Shown here: positions 1 through 6,794 of the stretch, in pieces
Numbering within the stretch: position 1 is the stretch's first letter
Layout of the letters: each line of letters starts with the position of its first letter
From: a virus
Taxonomy: Duplodnaviria > Caudoviricetes
Reading direction: 5' to 3' (one strand)
Virus record (IMG/VR): IMGVR_UViG_3300044940_000186
Span: 1-34,950 of that record
Length of the DNA: 34,950 nucleotides
The notes under the pieces: model-generated
The model's database searches: none
Seen by the model: only the letters and a program-made list of their open reading frames with translations
What the model was told of the DNA's origin: nothing
Program-made: the position numbers and the translations under genes

Positions 1-148
1 AAATATCAGGGGGAATAAAAAAGGGGGGGGGTAGGAAATTCGGAAACCAATATTTTTTTCAAGGTAATAAATGTCAAAATGAAATTAAAAAAACAAAAAT
101 ACCTAGGCGATAAATAAAAAAATAATTTAAATATCTATTGACTTAAGG
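1..148. repeat. Terminal direct repeat, left copy (circular overlap or terminal redundancy)
   Basis: 1..148 matches 34802..34950 except G9 here versus G10 in the right copy. Confidence 0.95.
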
Positions 149-167
149 GTATCACTAGAAGTATAAC
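138..167 (+). promoter_or_regulatory. Sigma70-type early promoter
   Basis: TTGACT (138-143), 18 bp, TATAAC (162-167), with an AT-rich upstream region. It precedes the AAAGGAA RBS and ATG at 229. Confidence 0.7.
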
Positions 168-228
168 CATAGTAATACTAATAATTAGTAGAGTATAAAA
201 TAAAAATAAACAAATAAAGGAAAATAAT

Positions 229-651
229 ATGACCGACATAAAAGTAAAAATAGTAGAAGCAATTCCAGCGGGGAGATATCCATGTGTTCTTGAAGAAGTA
301 AAAAACATAACAGAGAAAGGATATCAAAGTGAAGAAATGGAAGAGCGAATCAGATTTACCTTCAAAGTAAAAGTAAAAAATTCTGTTAGAGAATTTATTT
401 ACAAGTGCTCTCCGACCGTCTCCCCAAAATCAAATTTATCTAAGATAACCGATGCTATGCACCCAGACGGTGCTGTACCGCTAGAAGCTAAAAGAGATGA
501 AAATCTTTTTGCAACTGAACTTGCTAAAATGATCGGCAAAAAATATCAGATTCAAATTGGAATCAACGAGAAAGGCTATAACGTATATGGCGGAATAGTC
601 CCACTAGAGCAAGCGTCTAAAGACGTAAGTACCGATGAAATACCATTTTAA
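229..651 (+). CDS. Putative single-stranded DNA-binding (OB-fold) protein
   Basis: 140 aa with an 'IPAGRY..V.E' start and beta-rich core like phage DUF669/SSB-like proteins. Acidic C-terminal tip 'STDEIPF' resembles the SSB C-terminal DDIPF. Good RBS. Confidence 0.6.
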   Translation: MTDIKVKIVEAIPAGRYPCVLEEVKNITEKGYQSEEMEERIRFTFKVKVKNSVREFIYKCSPTVSPKSNLSKITDAMHPDGAVPLEAKRDENLFATELAKMIGKKYQIQIGINEKGYNVYGGIVPLEQASKDVSTDEIPF

Positions 652-674
652 TACCTTATACCTAAATACCAAAA

Positions 675-770
675 TTTTAGTTGCCAGTTAAATTCCTTTT
701 TCTGGCAGTTAGTTGTAATCGACTCCTAGGAAAGACTAGGTGACAGCTCGGAAAGACGAGCACTTTTTTA
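675..770 (+). ncRNA. Putative structured small RNA (three stem-loops, anti-RBS segments, U-tract)
   Basis: Stem TGCCAG/CTGGCA with loop TTAAATTCCTTTTT, then CCTAG-GAAAGA-CTAGG, then GCTCG-GAAAGA-CGAGC followed by AC and T6. Complementary to early-gene leaders. Confidence 0.6.
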
Positions 771-780
771 AGGATTTTAT

Positions 781-1281
781 ATGCCATTTCTATCAGGAAT
801 TATCTTAGAGATTGAACAAACTAAAATTAGTAACTCCGGCAACTGGTACACAAAAGGAATACTAGAAGACTCAGATAAAGCCCTTCATGATTTTTGTATC
901 TTCTGGAAAGACGAGACTTGTATCAAAGAGTTTTTGAAATTCCAAAAAATTGACTTAGTCGGAAAGCGTGACAGAAAAGAAGGAAGCTTCTTAGCTAACT
1001 ATGTTCGTGACCCGAACGATAAATCAAGACGAAACCCATCAGCCACTCATCGGGCTGACGAAACTTACAGAGGAGAGGATGCTATCGATGGCAAGAAACC
1101 AATCGACTTTATATTAGACCAACTAGGGGCTACTAGAATAAATAATGAATTAAAGGCTAAATTCGGCTCCTATTCGTCTATCTTAGAAGGGGAGGGTGCT
1201 AGGCAAGAATATAAAAAGATGCTCTCACAGTGGTTAATTGAAGCAAAAGAAATTAAAGAATTCAAGGAGATGCCATTTTAA
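781..1281 (+). CDS. Hypothetical protein with N-terminal OB-fold-like domain
   Basis: N-terminus 'LSGIILEI..KISNSGNWY.KGILED....DFCIFW' resembles OB-fold nucleic-acid-binding domains. Ends in 'EMPF'. RBS AAGGA at ~770. Confidence 0.5.
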   Translation: MPFLSGIILEIEQTKISNSGNWYTKGILEDSDKALHDFCIFWKDETCIKEFLKFQKIDLVGKRDRKEGSFLANYVRDPNDKSRRNPSATHRADETYRGEDAIDGKKPIDFILDQLGATRINNELKAKFGSYSSILEGEGARQEYKKMLSQWLIEAKEIKEFKEMPF

Positions 1282-1532
1282 TGATGAAAAAAAATTACAA
1301 TAATCTAACTGAATTATATCGAGATTATTTAGAAGAGAATGAAACTTCGCCATATGCTCATAACGAAAAGCTATCATTTAACACAGGCTATAGATTAAAA
1401 AGAGGAGAAGTGGGACAGCGACTAAATATTGATACACTTCGACTTCTTTTTAACGAGATAGAAGACAAGCAATTAGTCTTAGAAACTATCTACAATCATG
1501 TCATGACCTATCAACAAAAAAAAGATGACTAA
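1281..1532 (+). CDS. Small protein, possible Cro/XRE-like HTH regulator
   Basis: 'LSFNTGYRLKRG...RLNIDTLRLL' resembles an XRE/Cro recognition helix. TAATG overlap with the upstream gene. Confidence 0.4.
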   Translation: MMKKNYNNLTELYRDYLEENETSPYAHNEKLSFNTGYRLKRGEVGQRLNIDTLRLLFNEIEDKQLVLETIYNHVMTYQQKKDD

Positions 1533-2121
1533 GTTTGAAACCGAATCTCACTTAACTGAAGAAGTCAAATACGCTGACAGGTTAAGGGAAGTTTGGTGGA
1601 TGTACAACTGGATCAAGGCATCGACATTTAGCAATATCGATTACTACGTTACAAGAAAAGAAGATGATGCCTGTATTGCTTATGCAGAACTAAAGAGCAG
1701 AAATTGTTTTTTTAGAACTTACAGAAGTTACATCATCTCAGCTAAAAAAATAGACAACATGCTAAAGATGATAAAGTATTCTGGTTATTACAAGTCAGAA
1801 GATAGCTTTGACTTATCCGAAACCATCGGACTAATCTTTATTAGATATTTAGATGGGGACTTCTATTACAAACTAACTTCTAAAGACTTTGAGCAACACA
1901 TAAAGCTTGGTTATGTAGTAAGGAAAATGGGAGGAAGAACCAAACAGACTAGAGCTAATGCAGTTAATGACATTGAAGAGATTTATCATATCGACACTAA
2001 CTTACTTAAACAAGTAGGAGATATGCAGATAGGGAAGAAAAATGGAATTTATAAACACTTACCAGAAAAAACATTAAAGGAAATATTAGATGGTAAAGAG
2101 CTTAAAAAAGATCTCATATAA
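1525..2121 (+). CDS. PD-(D/E)xK superfamily nuclease-like protein
   Basis: 'NIDYYV...IAYAELKSR' fits the (P)D...ExK catalytic signature. Confidence 0.55.
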   Translation: MTKFETESHLTEEVKYADRLREVWWMYNWIKASTFSNIDYYVTRKEDDACIAYAELKSRNCFFRTYRSYIISAKKIDNMLKMIKYSGYYKSEDSFDLSETIGLIFIRYLDGDFYYKLTSKDFEQHIKLGYVVRKMGGRTKQTRANAVNDIEEIYHIDTNLLKQVGDMQIGKKNGIYKHLPEKTLKEILDGKELKKDLI

Positions 2122-2584
2122 AAACAAAAGAGCAAGTGAGCATATTTTAAATAACTTCATCGATGGTTCTTCTAAGATGAGAGCCAAAAGAGCATTAGAC
2201 GCTGATAAGCTAGAAAAGATAGAAACAACAGAAGAAGCAACAAAGACAATTTTACAATACTGTGAAGCAAAAAAATTAAAATATGAAGCACTAGAAGACC
2301 AACGCTTAATCTACATAGATAAAGAAAATCTTTACTTCAAATCTCTAATGCTATGCGTAAGAAAAGAAAACGTGATAACGCAAAAAGAAGCTTTATTTTT
2401 TCTTGATATGTTTCAATCAAAACGATGTTTCCCGTTTTTTTGTAACTCAAGTTTAACGGCTGTAGACGTAATAAATAACTATTTAACTAATGGTTTTAGC
2501 CACTTAATCCCTAAATTAAAAAAAGAAAAAATTTTATACTTTAATAAAAAAACACTTGACTTTATGATACCGAAACCGATATAA
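2090..2584 (+). CDS. Hypothetical protein, possibly a degenerate VRR-NUC fold
   Basis: The C-terminal half 'SLMLCVRK...TQKEALFFLDMFQSKRCFPFFCNS...AVDVINNYL' resembles the VRR-NUC layout without a clear PD/ExK motif. Confidence 0.4.
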   Translation: MVKSLKKISYKNKRASEHILNNFIDGSSKMRAKRALDADKLEKIETTEEATKTILQYCEAKKLKYEALEDQRLIYIDKENLYFKSLMLCVRKENVITQKEALFFLDMFQSKRCFPFFCNSSLTAVDVINNYLTNGFSHLIPKLKKEKILYFNKKTLDFMIPKPI

Positions 2585-2585
2585 C
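2556..2585 (+). promoter_or_regulatory. Sigma70-type early promoter
   Basis: TTGACT (2556-2561), 18 bp, TATAAC (2580-2585). Same hexamers and spacing as the promoter at 138. Confidence 0.7.
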
Positions 2586-2640
2586 TATTGTGACATCGAA
2601 ATGATGTTAAGTTTACAACTAATAAAAAGGAATAAATAAA

Positions 2641-2919
2641 ATGAGTAAAGTATATGACGCTTATATGGATACACTAGAGAACGATATGATTACTTTAATG
2701 CTTGAGCTTAAAGAGTCAATTCGTATCAAAGAAGATGAGCCAAGAACTTATCTAACACTAATCGAGTTAGCTAAAGCTTGTGGCAAGTTAGAAGCGGATG
2801 ACGTAATGGATGAGGCTCTTAGATACTCAAGAGAATATCTAACTGAAGAAGATATTGCAGAAGCTAAATCAATTTACAATCAAACCGTCGAAACTAAAAG
2901 ATGGAATGGGGGGTGTTAA
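2641..2919 (+). CDS. Hypothetical acidic early protein
   Basis: 92 aa ORF with an AAAAGGAA RBS, directly downstream of the promoter. Confidence 0.8.
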   Translation: MSKVYDAYMDTLENDMITLMLELKESIRIKEDEPRTYLTLIELAKACGKLEADDVMDEALRYSREYLTEEDIAEAKSIYNQTVETKRWNGGC

Positions 2920-2920
2920 G

Positions 2921-3088
2921 ATGAGTAAAATTTATGTAACAACTAACGATAAGTTTTTTCTTTCTTACGACAATGCAAGCATTGAAGAGATAGAGATTGG
3001 AAGTCATCCTGAAGAGATTCAGGAATGGGATATTCAAGACTATTTTTCGGAGATAGAAAAAATAAAACAAGCAAAAGAAAACAACTAA
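2921..3088 (+). CDS. Hypothetical early protein (55 aa; start revised from 2855)
   Basis: ATG at 2921 is preceded by GGGGGTG and lies 1 nt after the upstream stop. Confidence 0.65.
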   Translation: MSKIYVTTNDKFFLSYDNASIEEIEIGSHPEEIQEWDIQDYFSEIEKIKQAKENN

Positions 3089-3107
3089 CAAAAAAAGGAA
3101 TAATAAA

Positions 3108-3374
3108 ATGGGAACAAAACAAATAAAATATTGCGATATTTGTCACGCAACTAAACCAGAGCCAGAAGGTGGTTGGGAAACTGTAACAACTTTTCCAAAC
3201 AAAGAAGTGATAAGAGTGTTTGCAGATGGAAGCTTCAGAAAGTTTGACTATATATCTCTTGACTTGTGCGATCATTGTCGAGATATCGCACTAAGAGGGG
3301 TTGCTATTGAGGTACATGGGAATGACCTTTACAAGATTAACTTTGTTCATTCTCAAAAAGAAGGAGATTGCTAA
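3108..3374 (+). CDS. Small zinc-ribbon-like protein
   Basis: Two CxxC pairs (CDIC, CDHC) and an AAAGGAA RBS. Confidence 0.7.
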   Translation: MGTKQIKYCDICHATKPEPEGGWETVTTFPNKEVIRVFADGSFRKFDYISLDLCDHCRDIALRGVAIEVHGNDLYKINFVHSQKEGDC

Positions 3375-3375
3375 C

Positions 3376-3543
3376 ATGAATATCAAAACTCCCGCGTCAA
3401 AACAGATTGCAATAGCGATGACCCGTAAAATGTTTATTAAGTTTGAGGAGCTGTCAAAGGCTCCCAAACTGACACCAGAAGAATTAAAAGAATTAATTCG
3501 ACTGAGAAAAACACTAGCGGTGCTAAAGCAAGTTGAAGGTTAA
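3376..3543 (+). CDS. Hypothetical basic protein (start revised from 3301)
   Basis: AAGGAG at 3361 precedes ATG 3376, directly after the upstream stop. Confidence 0.65.
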   Translation: MNIKTPASKQIAIAMTRKMFIKFEELSKAPKLTPEELKELIRLRKTLAVLKQVEG

Positions 3544-3570
3544 TTTTATTTTTATAAAAGGTTATTTATC

Positions 3571-3810
3571 ATGGACGAACAATCAGAAAAACTATTAGAC
3601 GTATTAACAATAATTGGTATTGTAAGCTTTGGAGCGTACATACTCTTTATTACATCGGGCTGTATGCAGATTGTAGGAGCTGAGAGAATTAATGCTTGGG
3701 GCTTAGAAATCGAAAGCACAACAGGTTTTGAAGTATCAGCGGGTGTTATGCAGTACAACGGAGCTGATGAGCGAAAGACAATGAGCAAGGGAGTTAGAGA
3801 TGGAAGATAG
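3571..3810 (+). CDS. Putative membrane protein/lipoprotein
   Basis: Hydrophobic segment ending in a lipobox-like 'ITSG-C'. RBS AAAGG. Confidence 0.55.
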   Translation: MDEQSEKLLDVLTIIGIVSFGAYILFITSGCMQIVGAERINAWGLEIESTTGFEVSAGVMQYNGADERKTMSKGVRDGR

Positions 3811-4078
3811 TAAGAGCATTCACCCTATAATTGTTTTGCTTGCTATAGTAGGAGTTGTTTTCTTACTACTACTTGCCCGACTCTTTATTTTATCTGATTA
3901 CACTATTCAGTTTTCTAAGTTAGGTAGTGGACGGGTAACAGCTATCAATGCTCCTGACCCTGACGGGGTTGCTATGACTTTAAAGGTAGGGGAGCTTGAA
4001 TGCTTAAAAGCTAAAGAGTGTGAAATTAATGAGCATAATTTTATTAAGCTAACCCAAAAAGGGATTAATAAAAAATAA
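3800..4078 (+). CDS. Putative membrane-anchored protein
   Basis: N-terminal TM 'IIVLLAIVGVVFLLLLARLFIL'. Overlaps the upstream gene. Confidence 0.7.
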   Translation: MEDSKSIHPIIVLLAIVGVVFLLLLARLFILSDYTIQFSKLGSGRVTAINAPDPDGVAMTLKVGELECLKAKECEINEHNFIKLTQKGINKK

Positions 4079-4245
4079 TGGCTCACGTTGATAGAATCCT
4101 TCAGGCTCTCGAGTTTAGAAAAATCTTACTAGAGAGCCTCGAAGGGCTTGGAGAGAAGGAATTAGAAGAAAAATTAAAACAAAAAATTAGAGAATTAGAG
4201 GATAAGCAAAATGAAAAAAATAACATTGCCAGACATAACACCTGA
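4078..4245 (+). CDS. Small coiled-coil-like protein, 55 aa (absent from the ORF track)
   Basis: Translated by hand: MAHVDRILQALEFRKILLESLEGLGEKELEEKLKQKIRELEDKQNEKNNIARHNT*. TAATG coupling at 4076-4080. Fills the gap before 4211. Confidence 0.6.
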   Translation: MAHVDRILQALEFRKILLESLEGLGEKELEEKLKQKIRELEDKQNEKNNIARHNT

Positions 4246-5422
4246 GATGCAAGCAAAAGCACAGGATATTGTTAGATATGTTATTAAGATGCAATCAATG
4301 CCGACCGACCCAAAAATCGGACTTTTAGTAATATCTGAAATTTTAAAGTTATCAAAGCACAAAGAAATTAAACTTGAAGATAAAATTACGGGTGGGCTTG
4401 ATGATGGGCTTAATGCAATGCTTCATGATGGGCTTAATGATGAGCTTGATGCTGGGTTTCATCTTGAGCTTTATGCTGGGCTTGATGCTGGGCTTGATGC
4501 TGGGCTTAATACTGGGTTTCATCTTGAGCTTTATGCTGGGCTTGATGCTGGGCTTGATGCTGGGCTTTATACTGGGCTTTATGCTGGTCTTGATGCTGGG
4601 CTTTATGCTGGGCTTAAAGCTGGGCTTCATGAAGGACTTCGTGTTGGACTTAGTAACGATCTTAAAGAGAATAAAAAATTCAAACTTGAATATTGTGGTA
4701 TTTTCTGGTCATGGTTGCTTGCTCGATATTTGATAGCCTACAGCTGGGGAGTTCCGCTAGATATTAAAAAGCTAACTTTGCTGTGGGGATTTTGTAGGTA
4801 CGCTAGAATTGTTTTATCAACAGAGATTAATGATAAGATTATTCCCGTTATTGCTCCAGCTCCGAAGGTCAATTTTGTCGAAACGGGATTGACTTCAGGT
4901 TATATAAAATTGCCAATTTTCGAGTTAGAAGGTGAAGTCAAATTATTAAATGTTTCTATTCATTATAAGAATAACCGAAAACACAGAGAAGGTTTTCCTG
5001 CTGAAAAAATTGGAGACAAAAAGAGATGGTTTTTAAATGGTGTTCAAGTAGAGCAATGGTTAGCAGAAACGCCAGTAGATCAGTTGGACGCTAAAAAAAT
5101 ACTTGATCTTAAAAACGTAGATCAGAGAAGAGAAGGGCTTCGTCGACTTGGGATGGAAAGATTTGTAAATCAAGTCAAAGGAATAGTAATCGATAAAGAT
5201 TACACAACTAAAAGTAAGTACGAGTTACTAGCAATCAAGTTAGGGAATAAAGACGAGATTGTAAAATTCTTGAAAATGAATAACCCTTCAGTTGAGGCAA
5301 TACATATTGAATGTGTACATGAAGATTGCTTAACTGTACAAGATGCGATTAACTGGAGAGCTTACGGAGACGAAGCATTAACTAATAAAAATTTAAGGTG
5401 GGAACCTTCAGAATTAACTTAA
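4211..5422 (+). CDS. DUF6745-like protein with tetrapeptide repeat region
   Basis: GLxA-type repeats followed by 'HREGFPA...WFLNGVQV...NVDQRREGLRRLG...LKMNNPS...HIECV...AINW', the layout of phage DUF6745 proteins. Confidence 0.7.
   Translation: MKKITLPDITPEMQAKAQDIVRYVIKMQSMPTDPKIGLLVISEILKLSKHKEIKLEDKITGGLDDGLNAMLHDGLNDELDAGFHLELYAGLDAGLDAGLNTGFHLELYAGLDAGLDAGLYTGLYAGLDAGLYAGLKAGLHEGLRVGLSNDLKENKKFKLEYCGIFWSWLLARYLIAYSWGVPLDIKKLTLLWGFCRYARIVLSTEINDKIIPVIAPAPKVNFVETGLTSGYIKLPIFELEGEVKLLNVSIHYKNNRKHREGFPAEKIGDKKRWFLNGVQVEQWLAETPVDQLDAKKILDLKNVDQRREGLRRLGMERFVNQVKGIVIDKDYTTKSKYELLAIKLGNKDEIVKFLKMNNPSVEAIHIECVHEDCLTVQDAINWRAYGDEALTNKNLRWEPSELT
4394..4657 (+). repeat. Degenerate 12-bp tandem repeat (GGGCTTGATGCT-like, ~22 units) with a 60-bp higher-order duplication
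   Basis: Encodes GLDD-GLNA-...-GLDA-GLYA-...-GLSN. The block at ~4453 repeats at ~4513. Confidence 0.9.
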
Positions 5423-5441
5423 TATTTAGGAGAAAGAAAAA

Positions 5442-5771
5442 ATGAAAAAACAATTGCAACAAGGTGATGTGATAATTGAAACAAAAACTATTCCAGCAGA
5501 AGCTAGGGAAGTTGATAGAAAAGGAGTTGTAGCAGAAGGAGAAGGTCATCATGAACATGCTTTTTCTGACCCTTCGGTTGTTCAATTCTTTGAGTTTAAC
5601 GATAAAACTTACATTAGAGTTTTAGAAGAGACCGAACTACTACATAGAACTAAAGGAACTAAATCTCATGGGGAACATAGAGGGTTGAAGCTTTTAAAAG
5701 GAGAGTATGAGTATAGACCAGTTATTGAAAGGGATTGGTTATCGAAACTAAATCGCAAGGTAATTGATTAA
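5442..5771 (+). CDS. Conserved phage hypothetical His-rich protein (partner of the DUF6745-like gene)
   Basis: Motifs 'QQGDV', 'AEGEGHHEH', 'HGEH...GEYEY...ERD'. RBS AGGAG. Confidence 0.75.
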   Translation: MKKQLQQGDVIIETKTIPAEAREVDRKGVVAEGEGHHEHAFSDPSVVQFFEFNDKTYIRVLEETELLHRTKGTKSHGEHRGLKLLKGEYEYRPVIERDWLSKLNRKVID

Positions 5772-5782
5772 CGGTATACGGC

Positions 5783-6415
5783 ATGATTAAAGAATTAACT
5801 CTCACCATCCTACTAGTAACCGGCAGTCCTTTATCGGTACCGACTCGAGACGCTAGAACTATAGTAAATTATTCTTTAAAGAATTGCGTAAACTCAAAGC
5901 AAAAAGAATTTACAATAAAATACAAAAAAGTGAAGTGGGTAAAGAGAAGGGCTTCATCAATCAAACGAGCTAATACTAATACACAAAGATTCGACAAATG
6001 GGATTTTTATATCTTCCATCAAGTCAGAAGAAAAAAATTAAAAAGGAATACAAATTTAATTTACGTTTTTGATATCTCAGATCAAGATGGTGGATTGCGG
6101 GGAGGACTAAGCTATCTTTGCCAAGGGTGGAAAAGCGAAGCGGAAGCTATCGTGTGGGGGAGTCACTCAAGACTAGATGTAACTTTTATTGATAGGCCGT
6201 TAGACGTTAACGCATCTTTATTCTGTCACGAGATAGGGCACGCAACAGGAAGAGGGCATTGCGGAGATATTAACAACGTAATGTTTCCCTACTACTATTA
6301 CACGGGTAATATTCCTTTAGCCGAAAAACCGATGTGCGATAGCTTTGGACTAAAGCAGTGTAAAAGAAATCCTGATAATTTTTCACCTTTTGGATGTGGT
6401 TTTAAACATGGATAA
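5783..6415 (+). CDS. Exported metzincin zinc metallopeptidase (matrixin/M10-like)
   Basis: HEIGHATGRGH matches HExxHxxGxxH, with a Met-turn 'VMFP', an N-terminal signal-like segment and several Cys. Confidence 0.75.
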   Translation: MIKELTLTILLVTGSPLSVPTRDARTIVNYSLKNCVNSKQKEFTIKYKKVKWVKRRASSIKRANTNTQRFDKWDFYIFHQVRRKKLKRNTNLIYVFDISDQDGGLRGGLSYLCQGWKSEAEAIVWGSHSRLDVTFIDRPLDVNASLFCHEIGHATGRGHCGDINNVMFPYYYYTGNIPLAEKPMCDSFGLKQCKRNPDNFSPFGCGFKHG

Positions 6416-6425
6416 GATTATAGAA

Positions 6426-6794
6426 TTAGCTCTTTTGGTTGGCTTTATTTTTTATATTCTTTTGCCTTGTCTTTTGCTTCTTGGAAAGATAGTGATCATG
6501 GCACTTGGCTTTGGGTATGTTGCCATTAATAATTTGTAGAGCATCCTCGAAGGTCTCAATTATATAAACGGGGCTACCCTTCCATTCTTCTATGAATTTT
6601 ATCTGACTATCCTGAAGATCAGGATTATTAGCCGTTGGGTTCTTGATTTCAAAAATATAAGTCTTGTGTTGAAAGCCAACTACAATATCAAGAATTCCGT
6701 TTACAATCCAAACCGAAGCCCCTATTTTCCTAAGATTATTTACTATCTCAGATTGATTCTTATCAACACTAGATTTAAAATTCCTCCAGCCCAT
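6426..6794 (-). CDS. VRR-NUC family nuclease
   Basis: 'VDKNQSEIV..LRKIGASV...GILDIVVG...IFEIKNP...LQDSQIKFIEEWKG' is a typical stand-alone VRR-NUC. Confidence 0.85.
   Translation of the reverse strand: MGWRNFKSSVDKNQSEIVNNLRKIGASVWIVNGILDIVVGFQHKTYIFEIKNPTANNPDLQDSQIKFIEEWKGSPVYIIETFEDALQIINGNIPKAKCHDHYLSKKQKTRQKNIKNKANQKS

Noticed and set aside
660-780. tRNA gene or c-di-GMP riboswitch
   Set aside because: No tRNA T-arm/acceptor signature, and I could not match the riboswitch consensus beyond a GAAA-containing loop.
4394-4657. Possible CRISPR array or DGR template/variable repeat
   Set aside because: Contiguous in-frame 12-bp units without spacers. No cas or reverse transcriptase gene was recognised.
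4352-4733. Overlapping ORFs 4374..4733 (+, MLGL repeats) and 4352..4630 (-, KPSI repeats)
   Set aside because: These are by-products of the stop-free 12-bp repeat in gene 4211. They have no convincing RBS.
2894-5585. Minus-strand ORFs in the early arm (2894, 2943, 3552, 5382)
   Set aside because: Antisense to RBS-supported, tightly packed + strand genes.
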